From the NCBI GenBank assembly GCA_945865375.1, contig CAMBEJ010000009.1, positions 479 through 64,478 of the forward strand: DNA of 64,000 bases. Reading direction: 5' to 3'. The notes beneath the pieces are model-generated. The model was not told the DNA's origin. It did no database searches and worked only from the letters and a program-made list of their open reading frames with translations. This document shows positions 27,615 to 36,105 of the stretch, one piece after another. Numbering within the stretch: position 1 is the stretch's first letter; every line of letters starts with the position of its first letter. Origin of the DNA: Akkermansia muciniphila (GTDB taxonomy: Bacteria; Verrucomicrobiota; Verrucomicrobiia; Limisphaerales; F1-80-MAGS106). A program made the position numbers and the translations under genes.

Positions 27615-28223
27615 ATGAATCAAGAACATCCCATGCCGGTCGAGTTTGCTCCAGGAGTTTGCTTTTCGGAAGAGGCTTTACGACGTCATTTCAAGCGGTG
27701 CGGTCCGGGGGTGAAGGTTTTTCGTGGGTGCCGAATCCATCTCCCGGAACAGGTTGAGCTGGGGGCGTATTGTCAGATCGATGAGGGGGTTTTTATTTTC
27801 GCGGGCGAGAGTGTGGTGATCGGTGTTCACGCGCATCTCGCATTTCAATCATCGATCTCGGGCGGTGGCAGGGTGAGGGTGGGTGATTATGCCGGGATCG
27901 GGGCCGGGGTGCGTCTTATCTCCGGATCGGAGGATCCGCACGGCGGGGGATTAACCAACCCGACGATCCCGGCAGCTCTGCGTTCGGTGCGGCGTGGGCG
28001 TGTCGAGGTGGGGGCTTATGCGTTGGTGTTTACGAACAGTGTGGTGTTGCCGGATGTGTGCATCGGGGAAGGCGCGGTCGTCGCTGCGGGGTCGGTGGTG
28101 CATCGCACTTTGAAACCGTGGACGGTTTATGCCGGCTCGCCCCTCGTGGCAGTCGGGGTGCGTGATCCGAAGACAACCGTGGAGACAATGAGGAAGCTCT
28201 TGGAGCAAGAAGCTGAAAGTTGA
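27615..28223 (+). CDS. Left-handed beta-helix (hexapeptide-repeat) acyl/acetyltransferase
   Basis: Repeated [LIV]-G-x4 hexapeptides (VGDYAGIGAGVRLISG, VEVGAYALVFTNSVVLPDVCIGEGAVVAAGSVV), 202 aa. Confidence 0.7.
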   Translation: MNQEHPMPVEFAPGVCFSEEALRRHFKRCGPGVKVFRGCRIHLPEQVELGAYCQIDEGVFIFAGESVVIGVHAHLAFQSSISGGGRVRVGDYAGIGAGVRLISGSEDPHGGGLTNPTIPAALRSVRRGRVEVGAYALVFTNSVVLPDVCIGEGAVVAAGSVVHRTLKPWTVYAGSPLVAVGVRDPKTTVETMRKLLEQEAES

Positions 28224-28302
28224 AATTGGGAAATTCGTGCATCGGCTCAACCTTCAATTTTCTGCTTTCAGCTTTCTCCGCATCGGCTACGGTTCGGCTA
28301 GG

Positions 28303-29082
28303 ATGAGTTGCGTGCTTAAGAAACCAGGGGCTTTGTCCACGCTGCTATTTTCTGCTTTGCTCGGCGTTTGCTGGGTGTTTCCTGATTGGTGGTACAGCCA
28401 CAGTGATACGAGGCAAGGTCGTCGTTGGTTCCTGGAGAAGGCTGTGGTTCCAGGGTGGCACTACACCAAGGTCCCCGTCGCGAAATCCGCCGAAGCCATC
28501 CTGGTGGCGGATGAGTTGGTCAGCGGGGAATTTACCAATGGGAACGGCGAGCTGGTTCGAGTGTTCTCGGCGAAACGCATCCGTGAGAAGAAGAACGAGA
28601 TCGGGCTGTTTGTCCACACGCCGGATCGGTGCTGGACCGAGACCGGGTGGAAGTTGGAACAGCAGGCACCTGACTCAGTGGAGGTGCCGATCCATTCGAT
28701 GCGGATGATTCTGGAGCGTCGGATTTTCAACAGAGGATCGGGGGATCGCGAGTTGGTCCTCTTTGGCGGGCTCGTGGGAGGGCAATCGTTGCCGTATCGA
28801 TTGGATCACAACCTTTCCGTTGGCATGCGACACCAATTGAAAGCGGCTGCGGATCATTCGGGAGCGACGCTGAGGGCTTCGGATCAACGATTCTGGAAGA
28901 GAGTGTGGGAATCGTTTTGGAGTCGCCGGCAGCTTCTCGGTCCGAAACAGTTTATCAGGATCTCCACCCCTCTCAAGCGCGGTGAAGACATCGCCTTGAG
29001 CGACGCGCTGCTGCGGTCATTCCTTCCGCAGTGGTTGGAGGAGTCCGATTTCTCGACTGGCAAGAACGTGAGCAGACAATAA
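28303..29082 (+). CDS. Exosortase-associated EpsI-family protein
   Basis: N-terminal TM (LSTLLFSALLGVCWVF). HTPDRCWTETGW matches the EpsI hallmark H-x-P-x-x-C...GW. It lies directly upstream of the exosortase gene. Start set at the ATG at 28303, beyond a hairpin that covers the track start. Confidence 0.6.
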   Translation: MSCVLKKPGALSTLLFSALLGVCWVFPDWWYSHSDTRQGRRWFLEKAVVPGWHYTKVPVAKSAEAILVADELVSGEFTNGNGELVRVFSAKRIREKKNEIGLFVHTPDRCWTETGWKLEQQAPDSVEVPIHSMRMILERRIFNRGSGDRELVLFGGLVGGQSLPYRLDHNLSVGMRHQLKAAADHSGATLRASDQRFWKRVWESFWSRRQLLGPKQFIRISTPLKRGEDIALSDALLRSFLPQWLEESDFSTGKNVSRQ

Positions 29083-29089
29083 GCAACTC

Positions 29090-29974
29090 ATGCCGATGTC
29101 ACGACCCAGCCATTTTGCGACGGCCCTGCTACTGCTGCCGACCTGGGTGGCCCTCGCGTGGACAATCTCAAAGGCATCGTGGTTTTGGGGGCATCGCGCG
29201 GATCTGCAATTTGGCTGGGTATTAGTTCTTCTGTGCGCCTTTGTGACGTGGGAAGACTGGGAAGCGAGGCCTGTGTTGCAGTTGCGATGGAGTCCGGTGT
29301 CGGCGGGTCTGGCTTGTTTGGGTCTGAGTCTTCTCCTAGTGATCCAAGTGTATCAAGCGGCATTCGGCTTGAATGCGGCTTCGATGTGCGCCCTGGCGCT
29401 CGCTTGCCAAGTCTGTATTACGGCAAACCTGCTCTACCTGTTTGGTGGTGATGGCTTGAGGTGTTTCAGTTTTGGCTTCGCCTTTTTGTTGGTCGCGATG
29501 CCTTTGCCGTCGGCGATCCAAGGGCCGTTGATCTCCTCGTTGCAGGGCTTTATTGCGACGCTGAACGTCGAGGTTCTGAACCTGATGGGCGTGCCGGCGA
29601 GCCGGGTCGGCAGCCTGATTCAACTGCCCTCGGGCACGGTGGGAGTGGATGAGGCATGCAGCGGGATCCGGAGTTTGCAAGCGACGGTGATGGCGACGCT
29701 GTTCATCGGGCGATTGGGACTGGTATCCCTTGGATTCAGGGGTGTGTTGTTTGTAACGGGACTTGGGCTGGCGATTCTCGGGAATATCATTCGCTCGCTG
29801 TTCTTGAGCACCACGGCGAGTTACGGAGGGATAGCCGCCGTGGAGACGGCGCATGACGCGGCGGGTTGGTCGGTCCTTGCGTTTACAGCGGCGGGAGTGG
29901 CTGTGGCTAGTGGGATCCTGGGCAGGCTCGAGCAAAAGGTGGTGCAAGCTAAAAAATTGAAAGCAGAGAGTTGA
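29090..29974 (+). CDS. Exosortase-family protein (EpsH/Xrt)
   Basis: Polytopic membrane protein with the catalytic-site motifs VDEACSGIRS (Cys), GNIIRS (Arg) and HDAAGW (His). Confidence 0.8.
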   Translation: MPMSRPSHFATALLLLPTWVALAWTISKASWFWGHRADLQFGWVLVLLCAFVTWEDWEARPVLQLRWSPVSAGLACLGLSLLLVIQVYQAAFGLNAASMCALALACQVCITANLLYLFGGDGLRCFSFGFAFLLVAMPLPSAIQGPLISSLQGFIATLNVEVLNLMGVPASRVGSLIQLPSGTVGVDEACSGIRSLQATVMATLFIGRLGLVSLGFRGVLFVTGLGLAILGNIIRSLFLSTTASYGGIAAVETAHDAAGWSVLAFTAAGVAVASGILGRLEQKVVQAKKLKAES

Positions 29975-30109
29975 ACGTGGAAGGTGGAAGATGGAAATCA
30001 ATTGGACATTGGAAACACATGAATAAACCTCACTGCTTTTTTCGGATTTCAGCTTTTGGAATGCGGCTGTTCATTTCCCGGGGTGGCGGTTAGGTTCCGG
30101 GGAGTTTCG

Positions 30110-31030
30110 ATGATTCAACGACACCAATGTCCGATCTGCAACCACGCTGCAATCCCTATTTTTGCTCGACCCTACGCGCTGCCTGAACTGGGCGCCATGA
30201 TCGCGGCTTCGGGGCTTGGGGGGAAGCTCGACGGTTGCGACTACGAGGTGCGTGCCTGCACGGCGTGCGAATTGCACTTTCAGACCTGGGTGATGTCGGA
30301 TGACGAGTTGGAGCACTGGTACTCACCGCCGCGGGATGACGACTCGTTCATGCAAGAAATTGGATCGCAGAAGCTGCACTGGTTTGCCCATCAGACGGAG
30401 GAGATTTTGGTATTGAGACAGGTCTGCGGCGCGAGGACACCCCGGGTCCTGGACTTTGGCTGCAATTTGGGGAAGTGGGCGAGCATGGCGCTAGCGCACG
30501 GCTGCGAGGTTTACGGGGTGGACGTGAATCATGACGCCGCACGATTCTGTGCTGGGCGAGGGATTCAGATGGTTTCCTTGGAGGAGGCGCGCTCTCTCCG
30601 TTTCGATTTCATCAACGTCGATCAAGTTGTCGAGCATCTGAGCGCACCTCTTGAGATCACGCGGGCTTTGGCGGGGTGCTTGAAGCCCGGCGGTTTGATC
30701 AAGTTGAGCACGCCGCACAACCCGGCACTGCCGATCAAGCTGAGAGCCTCCGGTCATGATGACAACCGTGTGCTGGAGGCGGGAACTCTGGATGCCCTGC
30801 TCCCTCTTATGCACGTGAATTTGTTCACGCCCGACTCGTTGCGCACGCTGGCTTCCGGGGCTGGCCTCCGGGAGTTTCGCCAGCCATTTCTGACATGGCT
30901 TGGGGCCGGTCAAATGTGGAACCTTCCCCGCCAATTGAATCGCAACCTGACCGTGCCTTTCAAGCGGTGGCGTGGCCGGGGGACGTATCTTTGGTTTGAG
31001 AGTGGGAACCGTCCAAAGGCAGAAAGTTGA
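30110..31030 (+). CDS. Class I SAM-dependent methyltransferase with an N-terminal Cys4 zinc-ribbon
   Basis: CPICNH...CTACELHF, then VLDFGCNLGKW (motif I) and INVDQVVEHL. Confidence 0.65.
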   Translation: MIQRHQCPICNHAAIPIFARPYALPELGAMIAASGLGGKLDGCDYEVRACTACELHFQTWVMSDDELEHWYSPPRDDDSFMQEIGSQKLHWFAHQTEEILVLRQVCGARTPRVLDFGCNLGKWASMALAHGCEVYGVDVNHDAARFCAGRGIQMVSLEEARSLRFDFINVDQVVEHLSAPLEITRALAGCLKPGGLIKLSTPHNPALPIKLRASGHDDNRVLEAGTLDALLPLMHVNLFTPDSLRTLASGAGLREFRQPFLTWLGAGQMWNLPRQLNRNLTVPFKRWRGRGTYLWFESGNRPKAES

Positions 31031-31070
31031 AAGGCTGAGATGGAGGATTCAAGGTTCCGAAGCGCTTCCG

Positions 31071-31709
31071 TCACGCCGTTTTCTTGAGCACGGTCCACAG
31101 GGTATGAGCGAATCGATTCAGATAGCGCATCTTGTTCCCCGCAGCCAAAGCATACCGCAGCCAGCGAAGCAACGCAGGTCTTGGCCGTTCCATCGCATAC
31201 GACTCAACAACCTTCACCGGGAATTTTTGGGGCTGCCCTTCTATGAACTGGATGGCTTCATGGAGGTTGAAGAACCATTTGTGTCGGTCCACTGGTGTTT
31301 GGATCTGTAGACCATAATGTCCGATCGTTCCGTAGCCGCGTTCGATCGCCCGGCGCGCATTGGACCAGTTGTTCGGCAGCGATAGGATGAGATGCCCTCC
31401 GCAGACTCTCACCAGTTCTCCAAAAACAAAATGGAGATTGTCCAGATGCTCCAGAACATCGGCGCAAACCACGCAGTCAAATTGCGAGGTGGCGAAGGGC
31501 AGCTCATCGATTTCATCGAGGTTCAGGATGAGATCCGGAGTTCCTTCAACATCGACACCCAGGTAGTCAATGCCTGGAACGAGACGCTTCAGCAAGGCGT
31601 TGTCACACCCCACATCCAGAACCTTGCCTCGGATGTATTGCGGGAAGCGTTGCGCAATGTAACTTGATCGCAAAGACCCCTCAGGAAAATGGTCGAACTC
31701 AACACGCAT
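31071..31709 (-). CDS. Class I SAM-dependent methyltransferase
   Basis: VLDVGCDNALL (motif I), DCVVCADVLEHLDN. ATG at 31709; the track start at 31736 is TTG. Confidence 0.7.
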   Translation of the reverse strand: MRVEFDHFPEGSLRSSYIAQRFPQYIRGKVLDVGCDNALLKRLVPGIDYLGVDVEGTPDLILNLDEIDELPFATSQFDCVVCADVLEHLDNLHFVFGELVRVCGGHLILSLPNNWSNARRAIERGYGTIGHYGLQIQTPVDRHKWFFNLHEAIQFIEGQPQKFPVKVVESYAMERPRPALLRWLRYALAAGNKMRYLNRFAHTLWTVLKKTA

Positions 31710-31795
31710 GAAGGGAGTGTGTCGCCCGGCTTGCAAAACGCAATAATCTCATTTAGATCTTCGGCCCACACGCAGCGGCACGCGGGCGGGCAGGC

Positions 31796-31981
31796 TCAGA
31801 ACTCAGTAAAAGCGGTTGAAATCGTGATCTGAATGCGCCACCCCAATGCCTCCATTTTTCGTAATCGTAATCCTCGGGTGTTGCCCTTGAAACAGAGGAG
31901 TGGAGCACGATTACGATTACGAGCAGGGAATTGGAGTTGCTCGAGCATCAGGCTAAACAGGGTCGTTTTACTGAGTTCAGA
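31796..31981 (+). mobile_element. Foldback MITE-like element, copy C (short arms)
   Basis: tcagaactcagtaaaag ... gttttactgagttcaga termini. Same central spacer cctcgggtgttgcccttgaaacagagg. About 2 hexamer units per arm. Confidence 0.8.
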
Positions 31982-32067
31982 GACTTCGCCACGCCTTGAG
32001 CTCAACGGCTATTTCGGACGACCGGATTGTTTGGTTTTGATCTTGCCGAATCGGGGGATGGGTTGGG

Positions 32068-33225
32068 ATGCTGTCGGCTCCCTTGGAAACGAGACGAAAC
32101 CTGTTGCTGATCGGTGGGGGCCACGCGCACGTCGCGGTCGTGAAGGCTTTCGCGGATCATCCGCTCCCCCAAGTTTGCCTCACGCTCCTATCCCAGCACC
32201 GCATGGCGCCGTATTCAGGGATGGTTCCCGGTTTGATAGCGGGACATTATCAGGTTGAGGAGTCGCATATTGACCTTCCACGTCTTTGCGAGCGGGCGGA
32301 TGCCTCGTTCGAGCAGACGAGGGTCACGGGTCTTGATCTCGCAAATAAGGAGGCTCGGGTGTCGGGGGGGCATGCGCCCATTCGATTCGATCTGGTTTCG
32401 GTGAACACAGGTTCGACTCCGGGCGACGGGGGCTTGGCCGGTGTGAGTGAGCACGGGATTCCGGTGAAGCCCATCAGCCAATTCTTGAAAGGTTGGGAAA
32501 GGCTCATGGACCGCGTGACCCGCGATCCTGCCGCACCTATGCGAGTGGTTGTGGTGGGGGGAGGGGCTGGCGGTGTGGAGCTCGCACTCGCCGTGCAGCA
32601 CCGCCTGGTTTCTCTCGTCTCAGAGCGCGATGTCAGAGCCGATGTCATCCAGGTCACTCTGGTGAGCGCTTCTGAAGTTCTTGTTCCAATGCATAACAGA
32701 TGGGTGCAGGCAAAACTGAACCGCATCCTCCGCGAACGACGCATCCGGTCCCTCCTGAGCCAACGTGTGGTGGAGGTGACTTCGCGATCCGTGAGATGCG
32801 ACTCCGGGGTTGAAGTGCCTTTTGACGCCTTATTTTGGGCGACCACCGCGTCGGCTCCAGGTTGGATCCAGGAATCAGGACTGCGTGCTGACGCCCAAGG
32901 ATTCCTCGGGGTGAACGAGTGTTACCAGTCGCTGTCGCACGCCTTCGTTTTTGCGGCGGGGGATGTGGCTTCGGCGATCCATAACCCCCGTCCCAAGTCA
33001 GGGGTTTTCGCGGTTCGCCAGGGCCCGCTCCTGGCTCTGAACCTAAGACGGGCTCTCCAAGGAGAAGCCTTGGTCCCGCTCAAGCTTCAGATGCGGTTCC
33101 TCAGTCTGATCGGCACTGGAGACCGCCATGCTGTCGGCTCTCGTGGCAAGTTGGCTTTCGAAGGGAGATGGGTATGGTGGCTCAAAGATTGGATTGATCG
33201 GCGTTGGATAAAGCAATACGCGTGA
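32068..33225 (+). CDS. FAD/NAD(P)-dependent pyridine nucleotide-disulfide-type oxidoreductase
   Basis: LLLIGGGHAHVAVV dinucleotide fold, a second VVVVGGGAGGVELA fold, and AAGDVA near the C-terminus. Confidence 0.65.
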   Translation: MLSAPLETRRNLLLIGGGHAHVAVVKAFADHPLPQVCLTLLSQHRMAPYSGMVPGLIAGHYQVEESHIDLPRLCERADASFEQTRVTGLDLANKEARVSGGHAPIRFDLVSVNTGSTPGDGGLAGVSEHGIPVKPISQFLKGWERLMDRVTRDPAAPMRVVVVGGGAGGVELALAVQHRLVSLVSERDVRADVIQVTLVSASEVLVPMHNRWVQAKLNRILRERRIRSLLSQRVVEVTSRSVRCDSGVEVPFDALFWATTASAPGWIQESGLRADAQGFLGVNECYQSLSHAFVFAAGDVASAIHNPRPKSGVFAVRQGPLLALNLRRALQGEALVPLKLQMRFLSLIGTGDRHAVGSRGKLAFEGRWVWWLKDWIDRRWIKQYA

Positions 33226-33611
33226 GAGACTGGCTTGGTGGGAGTTCGAAGCGCCCGCCCGATTGCTGTGAGCGAAAGCGAAGCTGGATTTTTGCGAACT
33301 GGATCGTTAGCGTCCCATTGTGTTCTCCAACCAGGTTGTTTCAAGGTGCGTCTTCGCGCGCCGTGCTTGTCGTGCGCCGTTGGGTCTGCCCGTGGCGGCC
33401 TCACTGGTCGCTGCTCAAAAGCGCGGTGACCTATTCGAAGCCACCAGTTTTTCGGTCAATCCGACAGTTCGCTTATGGCATCCCCGCATGGGAGGTGGCA
33501 TCGCACGGCTGAACGCGGTGCGGCCTGCCTGCCGTAGCCTTGGCGAAGGCAGGACGGCGCAGCGCTCCGTCACTCCATTTCTGAATTGTTTTTGCACCAA
33601 TCCTGAACCGG

Positions 33612-34967
33612 ATGCCTTCTAGAATGCCTCCCTCATCCCAGCCGGAACTAGCGCGAAAACTCGGCTTATTCGATGCCACGATGCTGGTGATCGGCGGCAT
33701 CGTGGGCGCCGGCATTTTCATGAACCCTTACGTCGTGGCGCGCGAGGTGCATTCTGCGGCATTGATCCTCGGCGCCTGGGTGTTTGGTGGGTTAGTGGCC
33801 TTGTCGGGAGGCTTTGTCTATGCGGAACTTTCGGCGCGACGCCCGAGCGTGGGCGGTCAATACGCTTATTTCCGCGAGGCCTTCCATCCTGCGATCGCAT
33901 TTTTGTATGGATGGGCTCTGCTGCTCGTTATACAGACCGGGGGCATGGCCGCAGTGGCGATGACTTTTGCTCATTACTTCGTGTCGCTTACGCATGTGGG
34001 CCTCTCCGAAGGTGCGGTGGCCCTCATCGCCCTCTTTCTTCTGACGACGCTGAACTGTTTAGGGGTGCGGGCTGGAAGCAATTTTCAGAGCGCCATGACC
34101 GTGCTGAAAATGGCCGCCATCTGCCTGCTCGTGTTTGCGGGCTTTGTCTGGATCGACAGACCTTCGATTGTTTGGACCCCTCTGTTGGACCGGCCTTTTT
34201 CGGGGGGATTACTGGGGGCGTTTGGTGCTTCGCTGGTTCCTGTTTTGTTTGCCTACGGAGGTTGGCAAACCGCCTGTTTCATAGCGGGCGAGGTGCGTGA
34301 GCCGGAGAAAAATCTACCCCGAGGGTTGATCCTGGGAGTGCTGGGTGTAGTGGCGCTCTACCTTTCCGTCAACCTTGTCTGCTTGTACGCCCTGGGTCCC
34401 GAAAAACTGGCTCAAACCAAAACCCCGGCCTCCGAGGTTATGCGGTTGGCGCTGGGTGAAAAAGGGGCTTCGCTTATTGCGTTGGGCATCACGATTTCCA
34501 CTTTGGGGTTCCTCAGCCAGGGGATGCTCACGGCACCTCGTGTTTATTTCAGCATGGCGCAACACGGGTTGTTTTTCAAAAGTGTCGCCAGGATCGACCC
34601 GCGCACCCAGGTCCCCACCATGGCGGTGGTGCTCCAGGGATTGTGCGCCTCGGTGATCGCGATGTCTGGAAGTTACGCGACCATCCTCAATTACGTTGTG
34701 TCCGTGGACTTCATTTTCTACGGACTGGCTGCCGCGTGTGTCTTTATCTTTCGAAAGCGGGATGCCTCGTCAGGTCGTCCTTCCTCCTTTCCAGTTCCAG
34801 GACACCCGTTCACCACCTTATTTTTTATGGTTTCCTGTTGGATTGTGGTGGCCACCACGGTCGCAAAATATCCGCGGGACAGCCTTATTGGACTGGGAAT
34901 CCTTGCGGCAGGACTCCCTGTTTATGTGTTTTGGAGCCGACGGTCGGCGACTGAAAAAGATCCCTGA
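33612..34967 (+). CDS. Amino acid permease (APC superfamily)
   Basis: 451 aa, ~12 TM. GIVGAGIFMNPYVVA is a typical APC signature region. Confidence 0.8.
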   Translation: MPSRMPPSSQPELARKLGLFDATMLVIGGIVGAGIFMNPYVVAREVHSAALILGAWVFGGLVALSGGFVYAELSARRPSVGGQYAYFREAFHPAIAFLYGWALLLVIQTGGMAAVAMTFAHYFVSLTHVGLSEGAVALIALFLLTTLNCLGVRAGSNFQSAMTVLKMAAICLLVFAGFVWIDRPSIVWTPLLDRPFSGGLLGAFGASLVPVLFAYGGWQTACFIAGEVREPEKNLPRGLILGVLGVVALYLSVNLVCLYALGPEKLAQTKTPASEVMRLALGEKGASLIALGITISTLGFLSQGMLTAPRVYFSMAQHGLFFKSVARIDPRTQVPTMAVVLQGLCASVIAMSGSYATILNYVVSVDFIFYGLAAACVFIFRKRDASSGRPSSFPVPGHPFTTLFFMVSCWIVVATTVAKYPRDSLIGLGILAAGLPVYVFWSRRSATEKDP

Positions 34968-35136
34968 TGGGGAAATGATGCCACGCCCAATTGGGCCAGG
35001 GAATCACCGGCTCCAAGAAACTTCGTGACCTCATGCGTTCGTTGTTGTAATCACGATGTCAGTCGTCCCCGAGCTGACGCAGGAACTGGCAGACGAAACG
35101 CTAAGCCATCATGATCCGTTGTGAACTCTCTCGAGT

Positions 35137-36105
35137 ATGAGGCTGGATGGCTCCCAGGATTCGTGGATCGTTTCAGTCCGACCGCAAGTCAACCGCGATC
35201 ATGATTGGTACCGCCCTCACTCCGTGCTGGCGGAGGAGGAACCTGACGCGTGCCTGCAACCGCGCCGCTCGCTGGTTGTGTTTCTGGTCAACCGCGAGTG
35301 CCCATGGAAATGCCTTGAGTGTGACCTCTGGAAATATACGACCCTCGAAACCGTGCCCGAAGGAGCGATCCCGCGACAAATCGAGGTTGCTTTGACTCAA
35401 GCGCCTTCCGGTGAACCTTTCGCGCAAATCAAACTTTACAACAGCGGAAGCTTCTTCGATCCAAAGGCCATTCCTCCCGGCGACGACGCCTTGATAGCGC
35501 GTCAGCTTGAACACTTTGACCGCGTGATTGTGGAGTCGCATCCCGCGTTCGTGGGAGAGCGATGCTGGCGGTTCAAGCGAGCGTTGGGCCCCAAGCTTGA
35601 AGTGGCCATGGGACTTGAAACCGTGCATCCAGACGTCCTTCCGCGCCTCAACAAGCGGATGACGCTTGAGCATTACGCCCGCGCCGCCGCCGCTTTGAGG
35701 GAACAAGACATCGACGTCCGTTCCTTTCTCCTAATCCGGCCTCCTTTCATGGCGGAAGAGGAAGTGGTCGAATGGACTCGCAAAGGGGTCGAATTCGCGT
35801 TTGAAAAGGGCGCCTCGATTGTTTCGCTCATCCCCACGCGGTTCGGCAGCGGTGCTCTGGAAAAGCTCGCGACACAAGGACACTTTGAACCGCCCTCCCT
35901 CGACACCATCGAGAGGGCTTTTGACGGGGCTTTGGCCGGGGCTGCCGGTCGTGTGTTCGTGGACTTGTGGGGTCTCGAAACATTCTCGAAATGTCCTTTG
36001 TGTTTTGTTGGAAGGTTGCACAGGCTCAGCGAGATGAACCGGCTCCAAACCATGTTGCCTACGGTTCTTTGCCATCGATGTGGACATGACTCTGCCTCAT
36101 CATGA
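35137..36105 (+). CDS. Radical SAM protein with a C-terminal Cys-rich tail
   Basis: CPWKCLEC gives CX3CX2C. KLYNSGSFFD and ESHP blocks. C-terminal CPLC...CHRC. Confidence 0.6.
   Translation: MRLDGSQDSWIVSVRPQVNRDHDWYRPHSVLAEEEPDACLQPRRSLVVFLVNRECPWKCLECDLWKYTTLETVPEGAIPRQIEVALTQAPSGEPFAQIKLYNSGSFFDPKAIPPGDDALIARQLEHFDRVIVESHPAFVGERCWRFKRALGPKLEVAMGLETVHPDVLPRLNKRMTLEHYARAAAALREQDIDVRSFLLIRPPFMAEEEVVEWTRKGVEFAFEKGASIVSLIPTRFGSGALEKLATQGHFEPPSLDTIERAFDGALAGAAGRVFVDLWGLETFSKCPLCFVGRLHRLSEMNRLQTMLPTVLCHRCGHDSASS

Noticed and set aside
31059-31068. The GAAGCGCTTC palindrome between the convergent methyltransferase genes, considered as a terminator
   Set aside because: Only about 4 bp of stem are possible once a loop is allowed, and there is no U-tract. 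This is too weak to call.
25407-31736. A search for a PEP-CTERM substrate gene within or next to the exosortase locus
   Set aside because: No ORF in the window ends with a PEP motif followed by a hydrophobic helix and a basic tail. The two large secreted proteins end in FYRA-type tails without a TM segment.
33226-33611. A possible riboswitch or leader in the 386-nt gap upstream of the amino acid permease
   Set aside because: I could not recognise lysine, glycine, SAM or T-box consensus elements by eye. Only generic GC-rich hairpins are present. A covariance-model scan (Rfam/Infernal) is needed before any call.
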